Program-made: the position numbers and the translations under genes
Notes under the pieces: model-generated
The model's database searches: none
What the model saw: the letters and a program-made list of their open reading frames with translations, nothing else
What the model was told of the DNA's origin: nothing
Shown here: positions 42,400-52,179 of the stretch, one piece after another
Position numbering within the stretch: the stretch's first letter is position 1
How the letters are laid out: each line of letters starts with the position of its first letter
NCBI GenBank assembly: GCA_026991575.1
Contig: JALXBF010000029.1
Coordinates: 1-64,000, forward strand
Length of the DNA stretch: 64,000 nucleotides
Direction: 5' to 3'
From: Planctomycetota bacterium
Lineage (GTDB): Bacteria > Planctomycetota > Planctomycetia > JALXBF01

Positions 42400-43617
42400 A
42401 TGGCCAGCCGTACACGAAAGACTGCTCCTATACCCATTGACGACGAAGCGGCCCTTCAGCGTGTGATGAAATTGATGGCAATTCCAGGACCACCGGGCAA
42501 GGAAGCGGCCGTGATGGAAGCGATCTGCGCAGAGTTGCGAGCTGTGGGGCTCAGCGACCGTGACTGGAGCTTTGACGACGCACACCGGAGGTGTGGCTTC
42601 GGGGAGATCGGCAACCTGATCGTGCACCTTCCCGGAACTCGCGACGAGCCCACGCGGCTACTGATGGCTCACGTCGATACCGTGCCGCTCTGCGTGGGAG
42701 CCAGGCCGCAGGTCAGGGGGCGATTCGTGGTGAATTCGAACCCGGAGTCAGGACTTGGGGCCGACAACCGCTCGGGCGCGGCGGCCATCCTGACTGCGCT
42801 GATCGAGCTGCTGCAGCAGCGGCTTGACCACCCGCCGGTGACGTTCCTCTGGGTGGTACAGGAAGAGATTGGCCTGGTCGGATCACGGTACGTGGCGGTA
42901 GACCGCTTGCAGCGGCCAAGGCTTTGCTTCAACTGGGACGGTGACGAACCAGGCCGGGTCACGATCGGGGCGATCGGAGCCAGGCGATTCACGGTTGAGA
43001 TCCGTGGTGTCGCCAGCCATGCCGGCGTGGCGCCGGAGAAAGGTGTCAATGCCCTGGTGGTTGCATCGCTGGCCGTGGCGGAGCTTCAGCGCAAAGGCTG
43101 GCACGGACTGGTCCGCAAAGGCAAGAAGGAGGGGCGCGCCAACTTGGGGGTGGTTGAGGGGGGCAAAGCGACGAACATCGTGATGGACAGATTGCGCATC
43201 GAAGGAGAGCTCCGTAGCCATGACCGCGGCTTCCAGCGGACGATGGCTGCTGCGTACAAGGACGCGTTCCGCACCGCATGCACTCGAGTACGCTCAGTCG
43301 ACGGCAAACAGGCAAAGGTAACGTTCCGAGACGTCGAAGCGTACCGTCCGTTTAGGCTCGATGAGAACGAGCTGTCGGTGCGGGCAGCATGTGGCGCAGT
43401 TCGGCAGCTCGGCTTGGAGCCGGAACTGTACATTGCCAACGGCGGCCTGGATGCCAACAGCATGGCGCGGCATGGTCTGCCCACCGTAACGCTCGGCGCC
43501 GGCCAACGCAACGTCCACACCGTCAACGAGCGCATGCACATTCCCTCGTTTCACAGGGCCTGTCGCATCGCGCTGCGGCTAGCCACGGCGCGGCAGCAAG
43601 AGCTCCTCGGCGTCTGA
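42400..43617 (+). CDS. M20 family metallopeptidase (peptidase T-like)
   Basis: AHVDTV, LGADNRSG, QEEIGLVGS, SHAGVAPEKG, GGLDAN, HTVNE. Confidence 0.88.
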   Translation: MASRTRKTAPIPIDDEAALQRVMKLMAIPGPPGKEAAVMEAICAELRAVGLSDRDWSFDDAHRRCGFGEIGNLIVHLPGTRDEPTRLLMAHVDTVPLCVGARPQVRGRFVVNSNPESGLGADNRSGAAAILTALIELLQQRLDHPPVTFLWVVQEEIGLVGSRYVAVDRLQRPRLCFNWDGDEPGRVTIGAIGARRFTVEIRGVASHAGVAPEKGVNALVVASLAVAELQRKGWHGLVRKGKKEGRANLGVVEGGKATNIVMDRLRIEGELRSHDRGFQRTMAAAYKDAFRTACTRVRSVDGKQAKVTFRDVEAYRPFRLDENELSVRAACGAVRQLGLEPELYIANGGLDANSMARHGLPTVTLGAGQRNVHTVNERMHIPSFHRACRIALRLATARQQELLGV

Positions 43618-43776
43618 AGCGCAGCCTCCTTCCCTACTGGCGGGTGGTTCAACCGCGACGCCGATGGGCCCCGCGGAGGCCGGTAAGAGGGGGAGCAGAG
43701 CGGGCAGTGATTGAACGTGTGCCGTCGGTGTCTTCTCGCCCGCCGTTCAGGAGCCAGCACGCGAAGTGGACAGCTC

Positions 43777-44157
43777 CTACCGGGTGCGCTGCGTCCAGGT
43801 ACGCAAGCAGTTGCTGCACTGGTACCCGACGCGATTGCCCGACCGCACACCAGTCGGGTATCCGTCGCCACCACACGCCATGCATCGAGAGCGGGAGTCG
43901 AGCAGAGCTGCACCACATGAGGCCCCGGCCATTGCGCCGATCAGCATCCCGCCAAGCCCGGCGAGGCTGCCCAGGGCCGCTCCCAGCACGCCTCCCACGG
44001 CTGCGCCCACGGGCGAATCGTCCCGGCCGTAATACGCACGCGTCGACCACCGCCGGCCACACCCTGGGCAGCGGTAAAACGCGCGGCCTTCGCTGACGCG
44101 GTGAGCCGTCACGGACCGATCGCAGTTGTAGCAGGTGCTCTGTTGTGCCACCGGCAA
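43777..44157 (-). CDS. Small protein: Zn-ribbon, glycine zipper, Zn-ribbon
   Basis: GGGAGG RBS; CYNC..CPGC and CMAC..CSNC flank GAAVGGVLGAALGSLAGLGGMLIGAMAG; start TTG 44157 or GTG 44151. Confidence 0.7.
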   Translation of the reverse strand: MPVAQQSTCYNCDRSVTAHRVSEGRAFYRCPGCGRRWSTRAYYGRDDSPVGAAVGGVLGAALGSLAGLGGMLIGAMAGASCGAALLDSRSRCMACGGDGYPTGVRSGNRVGYQCSNCLRTWTQRTR

Positions 44158-44401
44158 CTTCCTCCCGTAGCAGTCCCCATCAGTGAAGGCTCCGGCAGAA
44201 ACCTACCCTACGTACGGAACAGCTCGGCAAGTCCTGACACCGGAAGACCCGCGTGCATTGGGCAGGCCAGCACGGACTGGTGCGGGGCCCGATGATAGCA
44301 ACAAGGCCGCTCTCGCCTGCTCCGCGTAAGGGAATCCACCGCCGTCGGTTACGGACTCGCCTAAAATAGCGTGCAACACGACTCACCGTGAGGCGACCGC
44401 G

Positions 44402-45442
44402 ATGAGAAAGGTTCTATCGCTACTGTCACTCGCCGTTGCTGGTCTTGGCCTGCCGTGGGCGCTTGCCATCGTGCACGTCCCGGCTGCTTCGCAGTCTGAG
44501 CTGTGGGCTGAATACGTCGGCGTGTCAGGTCCCGGTGTTGGCAAGCACGTAGTCCTGATTTCGGGTGACGAAGAGTACCGGTCCGAGGAGGCTCTGCCCG
44601 CACTTGCGCGGGTCCTGGCCAAGCGGCACGGCTTCCGGTGTACGGTCCTGTTTGCGATCAATCCGGAAACCGGTACTGTTGATCCGAACTACGTCAGCAA
44701 CATCCCCGGTCTGCATCACCTCGATGATGCCGATCTGATGGTCATCTTCACGCGGTTCCGTGACTTGCCTGATGACCAGATGGCGCACATTGACCGGTAT
44801 CTCCGCTCAGGGCGTCCGGTCATTGGTCTGCGCACCGCGACGCACGCCTTCCGCATCCGCCGCAAGGACAGCCGCTATCGGCACTACGACTTCCGCTACA
44901 AGGACGGTCCCTGGGAAGGCGGCTTTGGTCGCCGCGTGCTGGGCGAGACCTGGATTGCCCATCATGGCCGCCACGGGCGGGAAAGCACACGCGGGATCAT
45001 CGCGCCGGGAGCCGAGAACCACCCGATCGTGCGGGGGATCCGCGACGGAGACATCTGGGGACCAACGGACGTGTACCGCGTCCGGCTACCCCTGCCGGGC
45101 GACAGCAAGCCGCTGGTTCTGGGCCAGGTGCTGGCCGGCATGACACCAGATGCACCACCAGTTTCCGGGCCGAAGAACGATCCGATGATGCCGATCGCGT
45201 GGACGAAGAGCTACGAGATTGAGCCCGGGCATCGGGGCCGTGTGTTTACGACAACCATGGGCGCCTCGGTCGACCTGGTCAGTGAAGGCTTGCGCAGGCT
45301 ATTGGTCAATGCGGTGTACTGGGCGGTGGGCCTGGAGGATCAGATTCCTGAGCGGGCTGACGTTCGTTTTGTGGGCAGGTACGAGCCGACGTTTTTTGGC
45401 TTTGGCAAGTTCCGGAAGGGGTTGAAGCCGTCCCAGTTTTGA
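44402..45442 (+). CDS. Exported ThuA-like (class I GATase-like fold) protein
   Basis: Signal peptide; HVVLISGDEEYRSEE, GLRTATHAF, HPIVRG, GRVFTTTMG, RRLLVNAVYWA. Confidence 0.8.
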   Translation: MRKVLSLLSLAVAGLGLPWALAIVHVPAASQSELWAEYVGVSGPGVGKHVVLISGDEEYRSEEALPALARVLAKRHGFRCTVLFAINPETGTVDPNYVSNIPGLHHLDDADLMVIFTRFRDLPDDQMAHIDRYLRSGRPVIGLRTATHAFRIRRKDSRYRHYDFRYKDGPWEGGFGRRVLGETWIAHHGRHGRESTRGIIAPGAENHPIVRGIRDGDIWGPTDVYRVRLPLPGDSKPLVLGQVLAGMTPDAPPVSGPKNDPMMPIAWTKSYEIEPGHRGRVFTTTMGASVDLVSEGLRRLLVNAVYWAVGLEDQIPERADVRFVGRYEPTFFGFGKFRKGLKPSQF

Positions 45443-45941
45443 GCTGATCGCCAAACCACCACAGCACGATCCACTCAAACGGTCGTTTCAACCACGTGCT
45501 GATTGCCTGTCGTCCCGGATATGGCTTGACGAGGATGGCCTTTAGGCCCAGGAGCTTGCCGACCATGACGTCGGCAAAGAGCTGGTCCCCCACGATGGCG
45601 ACCTCGTCTGGAGCCAACGCCAACGCCTCCAGCGCGCGACGCGTCCGCCATGGAAACGGCTTTGCTGCGCGGGCGACGCAGGGCAGCTCAAGTGAGGCTG
45701 CGATGTGCTGACTGCGTTTCCGTCGCGCGTTGGTGACCAGGTGCAGCCGCACGCCGGCGTCCGCAAGCGCGCGGAGCCAGCGCCGCACCTCCTCTGGCAC
45801 GGACCAGCCGCCGTGTGGCATCAGCGTGCAATCGATATCGATGAGCAGCCCACGAACGCCCAGCTCTTCGGCCAGTTCGGGCGTCAGGTCGGTGACATGT
45901 TCCAGGACCAGGTCCGGTCGCAATAGCTTCGCCACGCCCAT
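45306..45941 (-). CDS. YqeG-family HAD IIIA phosphatase
   Basis: LLIDIDCTL, VTNA, AAKPFP, VGDQLFADV. Confidence 0.88.
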   Translation of the reverse strand: MGVAKLLRPDLVLEHVTDLTPELAEELGVRGLLIDIDCTLMPHGGWSVPEEVRRWLRALADAGVRLHLVTNARRKRSQHIAASLELPCVARAAKPFPWRTRRALEALALAPDEVAIVGDQLFADVMVGKLLGLKAILVKPYPGRQAISTWLKRPFEWIVLWWFGDQLKTGTASTPSGTCQSQKTSARTCPQNERQPAQESDPPGPPPSTPH

Positions 45942-45944
45942 GCC

Positions 45945-46784
45945 CTAACGGTTCGCGCGCTGCAGTCGTTGGGCCAGCGCCTCAACCAGCGGCTTCATGA
46001 AGAATTGCCGCTCCAGCTCCAGGTGCACGGGCAGGCCGTGGGAGCGCAATCGAGCTGCCGTGACCGGGCCGACTGCGGCAACCACCGTGCGGTTCAGCAA
46101 TTCTGGCAAGCGACCTTGCATGCCAGCTGCATGGGCCACGTCGACGACGCGGTCCACCTGGGGCGCGCTGGTGAAGGCAATCGCATCCACGCGCCCCAAC
46201 TCGATGCTCTCCAACAACCGCAGCACCTCCCGGTCCTCGCTCGCCGCTGCGTAGCGGTACGGCGCAACGGTGTAGACTTCCGCGCCTTTGGCCTTCAGGA
46301 AGCCGGTCAGCTTCTCGTTGGGGTCCTGGCCGTAGAGTTGGACACCGATGCGGCGTCCGGCGAGGTTCTCGTGCTGAAGCGTCTCGATGAGCCCGTCGGT
46401 CGTTGGCCGCTTGGCGGGCAGGTCCGGTCGTAGCCCCAGGTTGATCAGGGCTCGCGCCGGTTTGGGGCCGCGCGTGATCTTGCGCACGTGCAGCAGCGAC
46501 TCGACGAACCGCTCCTCGTTTCCCGTCCGTTGCGCGTGCGCGAACAGACGCCTTACCCCCTCACCCGTCAAGAAAATGACGTCCTCGAAGCCCCGCTCAT
46601 AGAGCCGCTCCAACCAGCCGCGCACGTTCTCCTCGTCCTCAGTGTCGACGATCGTAACCAGCGGGCACCGCAGCGGCGTTCCACCGTGCTGTTCGATCAG
46701 CCGAGCCAATTCGTCCAGCTCGCGGTTCTCCGCCAATGCAATCGTCTTACCACGAAGAGGCTGCGTGGTCGTCTGCTCCGCCAC
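45945..46784 (-). CDS. hemD: Uroporphyrinogen-III synthase
   Basis: IFLTGEGV, RGPKPARAL, VAPYRY, DAIAFTSAPQV, AAVGPVTA; AAGGAG RBS before GTG 46784. Confidence 0.85.
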   Translation of the reverse strand: MAEQTTTQPLRGKTIALAENRELDELARLIEQHGGTPLRCPLVTIVDTEDEENVRGWLERLYERGFEDVIFLTGEGVRRLFAHAQRTGNEERFVESLLHVRKITRGPKPARALINLGLRPDLPAKRPTTDGLIETLQHENLAGRRIGVQLYGQDPNEKLTGFLKAKGAEVYTVAPYRYAAASEDREVLRLLESIELGRVDAIAFTSAPQVDRVVDVAHAAGMQGRLPELLNRTVVAAVGPVTAARLRSHGLPVHLELERQFFMKPLVEALAQRLQRANR

Positions 46785-46917
46785 GGCCGTCACTCCTTCG
46801 GTCTGCCACCATGGAAGAGGGGCACATTCACTGATTCTAACGCTGCACGGTCCGGGGTACAGCACAGTCCCGGTTAACGGTTCGTAGAATTCAGCGGTTT
46901 ACGCCGCACCGGGAGCG

Positions 46918-47532
46918 ATGATGCGCCTGTTACGTACGGTGCAACTGGTAACGCTAGGCCTCTGGGTTGGCTCGGGCCTGTTCTTTTCGTACGTTGTCGC
47001 GCCGCATGTGTTCCATTTGTTCACCGAGCGCTTGCTGACAGAACCCCAGGAGGGGCTACCTGCGCTGGACGAACGCATCGGTCGTCGTCTGGCGGGGATG
47101 ACGGTCGGGGCCATCTTCCCCGACTACTTCTGGACCCAAGTGGTGCTCGGTGGTCTGGCGCTTGCAAGTACTGCCGGCCTGCTGGTTGGCACGGGCAGAG
47201 CCTCGGGCCGATCGCTGACCGTTCAGGCGACTCTGTTGGGTGTCGCTGTTGCGGCGCTTGCCGTGCAGCTGGTCTGGGTATTCCCGCGCAGCGAGGTGGT
47301 GCTGGCTGAGGTACATCGTCTGGAGCTGGCCGGTAAGCTGACCGAGGCCGACCAGCTCCGACGGACTTTTGCTCGCTGGCATGGCATCAGTCAACTGCTT
47401 AACCTGACAACGCTGGCCGGTGCCGGGCTGACGCTTGTGCTGGCGGCCTGGCAGGCCGCTGCACCGTCGGCGTCAGAATCGGTTCAGGGCGATACCGCAC
47501 TGCGGTCGTCTGCTCAGGTGGAGGACGGCTGA
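46918..47532 (+). CDS. DUF4149/TMEM205-like membrane protein
   Basis: GLWVGSGLFFSYVVAP.VF, G.IFP.YF, FARWHGISQLLNL; 4 TMs. Confidence 0.8.
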   Translation: MMRLLRTVQLVTLGLWVGSGLFFSYVVAPHVFHLFTERLLTEPQEGLPALDERIGRRLAGMTVGAIFPDYFWTQVVLGGLALASTAGLLVGTGRASGRSLTVQATLLGVAVAALAVQLVWVFPRSEVVLAEVHRLELAGKLTEADQLRRTFARWHGISQLLNLTTLAGAGLTLVLAAWQAAAPSASESVQGDTALRSSAQVEDG

Positions 47533-47533
47533 G

Positions 47534-47917
47534 ATGGAGATCCTGCAGTTGAACCACGTGGCCATCCATGTGCAAGACGTCGAGCGAAGCTGTGCCTTCT
47601 ACCGCGATGTGCTCGGGCTGAAGCAGATCGAGCGGCCCGCATTCAGTTTCCCCGGCGCCTGGTTCTCGCTGGGACCGGGCCAGGAGCTACACATCATCGG
47701 CGAGGCTGAGCGGCCGTCGCAAGGAGGGCCACGGAGCAACCACTTTGCGCTCCGGGTGCCTTCGATCCGGCAGGCCGAAGAAGAGCTACGCAGGAAGGGG
47801 ATTGCATTTCAGGGGCCGTGGCAGAGACCGGATGGAGCATGGCAGATGTTCCTTGCCGACCCGGATGGCCATTTCATCGAGCTGTGCGAGCTACCCGAGC
47901 CGACGCCACAGTCTTAG
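47534..47917 (+). CDS. VOC/glyoxalase family protein
   Basis: LNHVAIHVQDVERSCAFYRDVLGL, RPAFSFPGAW, NHFAL, DPDGHFIEL. Confidence 0.9.
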   Translation: MEILQLNHVAIHVQDVERSCAFYRDVLGLKQIERPAFSFPGAWFSLGPGQELHIIGEAERPSQGGPRSNHFALRVPSIRQAEEELRRKGIAFQGPWQRPDGAWQMFLADPDGHFIELCELPEPTPQS

Positions 47918-47930
47918 TCAGGAGCCGTCA

Positions 47931-49517
47931 ATGCCGCACACACATGAGCCTGACTTCGACCAATTCCTTCAGCTCGTGCGTCGCCACCCTGAGTGCACCG
48001 TTGTGCCTGTCTGGCGGCGGTTGACTGGCGACGGCCTCACGCCCGTGACCGCCTATCGGCTGCTGGAAGGGAGCGGTCAGCGGCCTGGTTTTCTGTTTGA
48101 GAGCGTGGTGGGCGGTGAGCGCGTGGGACGGTATAGCTTCGTGAGCACGGCGCCGGTGCTGACGCTCGCGTACCGCGGCGACGCGCCGTCGGTTGCGTTC
48201 GCTGACGATGCGTCTGCCGATCTGTTTCTGGACGCACAACTGCCGCGGCTTCTGGAGCAGCTTCCGCCGGACCCGCTCGGCGGGCTGAAGGCGGTGATGC
48301 TCCGCTTGCGCGGTCCGCACCTGCCGGGTATGCCGCGGTTCCTGGGGGGAGCTGTCGGCTACGTAGGCTATGACGTAGTTCGGCAGTACGAGCCGCTGGG
48401 CCGCGGCCCGGAGGACGACCGCGGGCTGCCCGACCTGGTGTTCGGCTTCTATGATCGGATGATCGTCTTTGACCACATCCAGAAGACGATTCTGGTGGTG
48501 GCCCATGCGCATTTGCCGCCGCCCGAGGGCCGCACGTTTGAGCGGCTGCGAAACTGTTACGAGCGTGCGGCAGAAGCGGTGGATGTGCTGGTCGACCGCA
48601 TCTGCAGCTCGCCGCCGTGGCTTGCGCCCGTGGATGCGCCGCAGAGCCCGGAGGTGAACTGGCCGTTCCGCTCGAACTTCAGCCGCGAGCGGTTCGAGGA
48701 GGCAGTGCGGCGGTGCAAGGAGTACATCGTGGCGGGGGACATTTTCCAAGTGGTAATCAGCCAACGGCTGGAGGCCGACACGCGTGCTACCCCGTTTGAC
48801 ATCTACCGTGCCCTTCGCGTGGTCAATCCGAGCCCGTTCATGTTCTACCTTGACCTCAACGACTGCTACCTCGTGGGTGCGTCACCGGAGATCATGGTCC
48901 GCGTGGAAGACGGCTGGATCACGACCAGGCCACTGGCCGGCACCAGGCCCAGGGGTGCTACTGAGGAGGAGGACCGTGCCTTAGAGCGAGAGTTGCTCGC
49001 GGACGAGAAGGAACGGGCTGAGCATGTGATGCTGGTCGATCTTGGCCGCAACGACGTGGGCCGGGTTGCTCAGTACGGCACGATCGAGCTGAGCGATGTG
49101 ATGACGGTCGAGCGGTACAGCCATGTGATGCACATCACGTCGAACGTCTGCGGCCGTTTGCGGCCGGAGTTGCACGCGGTCGACGCCCTGCGCGCGTGCC
49201 TGCCGGCGGGCACCGTCAGCGGCGCGCCGAAGGTGCGGGCCATGCAAATCATCGACGAACTGGAACCGCATCGGCGTGGCCCGTACGCCGGGGCTGTCGG
49301 CTACGTTGACTTTACGGGCAACATGGACACGTGCATCGCGCTGCGCACCATGGTGATCGCCTCCGGACGGGTCTACGTCCAGGCAGGGGCAGGCATCGTC
49401 CATGACAGCGTGCCAGCACGCGAGTACGAGGAGACGCTTAACAAGGCAAAAGGCATGCTCAAGGCGATCGAGCTTGCCGAACGCTACATCACACAGGCTG
49501 CCTCCACACAGCGATAG
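47931..49517 (+). CDS. trpE: Anthranilate synthase component I
   Basis: LFESVVGGERVGRYS, GDIFQVV, NPSPFM, RPLAGT, EHVMLVDLGRND, PAGTVSGAPKVRAM, QAGAGIV. Confidence 0.95.
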   Translation: MPHTHEPDFDQFLQLVRRHPECTVVPVWRRLTGDGLTPVTAYRLLEGSGQRPGFLFESVVGGERVGRYSFVSTAPVLTLAYRGDAPSVAFADDASADLFLDAQLPRLLEQLPPDPLGGLKAVMLRLRGPHLPGMPRFLGGAVGYVGYDVVRQYEPLGRGPEDDRGLPDLVFGFYDRMIVFDHIQKTILVVAHAHLPPPEGRTFERLRNCYERAAEAVDVLVDRICSSPPWLAPVDAPQSPEVNWPFRSNFSRERFEEAVRRCKEYIVAGDIFQVVISQRLEADTRATPFDIYRALRVVNPSPFMFYLDLNDCYLVGASPEIMVRVEDGWITTRPLAGTRPRGATEEEDRALERELLADEKERAEHVMLVDLGRNDVGRVAQYGTIELSDVMTVERYSHVMHITSNVCGRLRPELHAVDALRACLPAGTVSGAPKVRAMQIIDELEPHRRGPYAGAVGYVDFTGNMDTCIALRTMVIASGRVYVQAGAGIVHDSVPAREYEETLNKAKGMLKAIELAERYITQAASTQR

Positions 49518-49762
49518 CAACTGGCCCGTCCCTTCAGGACGCAGCCGCCTCCTGAGCAGTTCGGGTCTCCCCGAGTCCGCCGCGCTCGCTGTGCCCCGGC
49601 TGACCACCGAGACCGCTGCGGCCCACGGAGCTGTCGGATCCCGGTGACCGCGCAATCCCCCCCAACTTCCCCATTCCGATTTTCTTGACGCCGAATCTGG
49701 TAAAACTAGAATCAAATGGGTCTTCCGGCCTGCCGGCATGTCGCCATGGGACGAGGACTGTG

Positions 49763-50263
49763 ATGAAGTGCAAGTACTGCAACAAGCCCGCGACCATTCA
49801 CATTACGGAAATCATCGAAGGCACGCCGCAGGAGTTCCATCTGTGCGATGAGCATGCCCGCGAGCACATCGCCTCCGGACCGGCCGCACCCTCCAAGCCG
49901 AAGCAGCCGCAGGAGCACATGGCTGCGCTGGCGGCGGCGTCGTCGACCGGGGACCTGTCCCGGTTGGATGCCCAGGCCTGTCCAGCTTGCGGGATCACTT
50001 TTCGGGAGTTCCGCCAGAGCGGCCGCCTGGGCTGTGCGCACGACTACGAAGCGTTCAAGCAGGAGCTGCTCCCGCTCATTGAGAACATCCACGGAGCAAC
50101 GCAGCACTGCGGAAAAGTGCCGAGCGGGGCGCCGGAGACCATCGCGCGCACATCACAGCTCTTGCACCTGCGCCGCCAGCTCAAGGAGGCGATCGAGCGC
50201 GAAGACTATGAACGGGCGGCTGAGCTGCGCGATAAAATTCGAGATCTTGAGGGAGACGTCTGA
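49763..50263 (+). CDS. mcsA: McsA-like activator (CxxC motifs plus UVR domain)
   Basis: CKYC, LCDEH, CPAC, GRLGCAHDY, EDYERAAELRDKI; TTGACG-N16-TAGAAT promoter upstream. Confidence 0.88.
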   Translation: MKCKYCNKPATIHITEIIEGTPQEFHLCDEHAREHIASGPAAPSKPKQPQEHMAALAAASSTGDLSRLDAQACPACGITFREFRQSGRLGCAHDYEAFKQELLPLIENIHGATQHCGKVPSGAPETIARTSQLLHLRRQLKEAIEREDYERAAELRDKIRDLEGDV

Positions 50264-50320
50264 CGATCCGCGGCGCGCGGCGTGAGCCGGCCCGAGGAAG
50301 TTAGCCCGAGGAACTGTACC

Positions 50321-51388
50321 GTGGCGATGGACTTGCTCGACCAGCTGTGTCACACAATCTGCTCCTGGCTTCAAGGCACGGGGCCCGAGTCGGACATCGT
50401 CATCTCAAGCCGCGTTCGTCTTGCCCGCAACCTGATCCGCTACCCGTTTACCAGCCGGGCGACTGAGCAGGACAAGCGAGAAATTTTTGGTTTCGTGCGC
50501 GATCGACTCCGGTCGCTGGAGCTGACCCGGGAGTTCCACATTCTGGCCGTGGACGAACTGCCTGAAACCGACCGCCAGTTCCTGGTCGAGCGGCAGCTGA
50601 TCAGCCGCGAGCTGCACAACGGATCGGGACCTCGGGGCGTCGCGTTCGACAGCAGTGAAACCGCAAGCCTGATGATCAACGAGGAGGATCACCTGCGTCT
50701 GCAAGTGATGCAGAGCGGTCTGGCGCTGCGCGAGGCCTGGGACCGAGCCAACGCCCTGGACGACGCGCTCGATTCGGTCATCGATTTCGCCTATCATCCC
50801 GAATTCGGCTACCTGACCGCTTGCCCGACGAACGTCGGCACGGGCCTGCGAGCCAGTGTCATGCTACACCTACCCGCACTGGCGATGACCAAACAGATGG
50901 ACAAGGTTGTCATGGCCATGGAGAAGATGGGGCTGGCGGTGCGCGGTCTCTTTGGCGAAGGCAGCCAGCCGTCCGGTGACTTCTACCAGATCTCCAATCA
51001 GGTGACACTGGGCCGCAGTGAGGAGGACATCATCGAAGAGATTTACAGCGTTATCCCGAAGCTGATCCAATACGAACGCCGCGCCCGGGAGGCGCTGCTG
51101 TCTGAGAGTCGCAACGAGCTGCAGGACAGCGTCAGCCGTTCGCTGGGCATCCTGGGCAGCGCCCACACGATCACGTCCGAGGAGACCATGTACCACCTTT
51201 CGCGCGTGCGACTGGGCATTGCCCTGGGCTTGATCGATCTGCCCACACAGACAGTGAACAAACTCTTCATGCAGACGCAGCCGGCCCACTTGCAAAAGCT
51301 GCAACGTCAGGAACTCTCCGGGCAGGAACGCAACATCGTTCGCGCCGCCCTGCTCCGTCAGCGGCTGGCCAGCGCCAACCAGAACTGA
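50321..51388 (+). CDS. mcsB: Protein arginine kinase
   Basis: ISSRVRLARN, MINEEDHLR, GYLTACPTNVGTGLRAS, YQISNQVTLG. Confidence 0.93.
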   Translation: MAMDLLDQLCHTICSWLQGTGPESDIVISSRVRLARNLIRYPFTSRATEQDKREIFGFVRDRLRSLELTREFHILAVDELPETDRQFLVERQLISRELHNGSGPRGVAFDSSETASLMINEEDHLRLQVMQSGLALREAWDRANALDDALDSVIDFAYHPEFGYLTACPTNVGTGLRASVMLHLPALAMTKQMDKVVMAMEKMGLAVRGLFGEGSQPSGDFYQISNQVTLGRSEEDIIEEIYSVIPKLIQYERRAREALLSESRNELQDSVSRSLGILGSAHTITSEETMYHLSRVRLGIALGLIDLPTQTVNKLFMQTQPAHLQKLQRQELSGQERNIVRAALLRQRLASANQN

Positions 51389-51397
51389 CCCCCACAC

Positions 51398-51943
51398 GTG
51401 CCGACCGTGTCTGCCGCCGGTCTGCTGACACTCCAAACCCCCCTAGGATGGCTGGCCGCCCGCATTGTGCCCGAGGGTGTTACTCGGCTGAGCTTGGGCC
51501 ATGCGACCCGCGCTCGGGCAATCGAAGCGGTGGCCGGGACCACAGGGAGAGCTGTGGCCGCCACGGCGGCCGCGGCAGGCCGCGTCCAGACGACGGCGCG
51601 GCTGCTTGAGGAGTTGCTCGAGCGGTATTTCGCTGGCGAGTCGGTGTGCTTCGATCCCGTGGCAGTTGTGCTCCGATTGCCCCCGTTCACGACGACCGTG
51701 CTGACGGCCTGCCGCGCAATTCCGTTCGGGCGCACCACGACGTACGGACAACTGGCCGCTGCTATCGGCCACCCGCGAGCTGCGCGTGCGGTGGGCCAGG
51801 CGCTGGCACGGAATCCGGTGCCGTTAATCGTCCCATGCCACCGCGTGCTTGCCGGTAACGGCCGACTCGGCGGGTTCACGAGTCCGGGCGGTGTGGAGCT
51901 AAAGCGGGCCTTGCTGGCGCTAGAGGGCGTGCGGTTCGAGTAG
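51398..51943 (+). CDS. ogt: Methylated-DNA-protein-cysteine methyltransferase
   Basis: IPFGRTTTYG, AARAVG, NPVPLIVPCHRV, KRALLALE. Confidence 0.92.
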   Translation: MPTVSAAGLLTLQTPLGWLAARIVPEGVTRLSLGHATRARAIEAVAGTTGRAVAATAAAAGRVQTTARLLEELLERYFAGESVCFDPVAVVLRLPPFTTTVLTACRAIPFGRTTTYGQLAAAIGHPRAARAVGQALARNPVPLIVPCHRVLAGNGRLGGFTSPGGVELKRALLALEGVRFE

Positions 51944-51987
51944 TGGACTACGTCGCGGTTGTGACCATCTTTGCCGGCGCGTCCGCC

Positions 51988-52163
51988 CGCTATAGCTCAC
52001 GCGCTGTACCAGCGACGGCTGCCCGTTTCGGGGGCCCACTACGGTAGTTGGTTCCACCGTCTACTTCGTCGCATCGGGGGCAGTAGGCGGCCGTCGTCAC
52101 GATGCTGGCCGACCCACGCATGCGTGGGATTGGCGGGCGGTGTTGCTGCGCGCGGAGCTAGCG
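51988..52163 (+). ncRNA. Candidate structured non-coding RNA of about 175 nt
   Basis: Long interrupted closing stem TAGCTC/GAGCTA, CGCGC/GCGCG, CAGCGAC/GTTGCTG, GCTGCCCGTT/GGCGGGCGGT enclosing further helices; G-U pairs favour the plus strand. Confidence 0.35.
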
Positions 52164-52179
52164 AAGTGGAGAGAGGCGC

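Noticed and set aside
47745..47930. Longer trpE start or a Trp attenuator
   Set aside because: The region is the VOC gene; an AGGAG RBS supports ATG 47931, and no Trp-rich leader or terminator is present.
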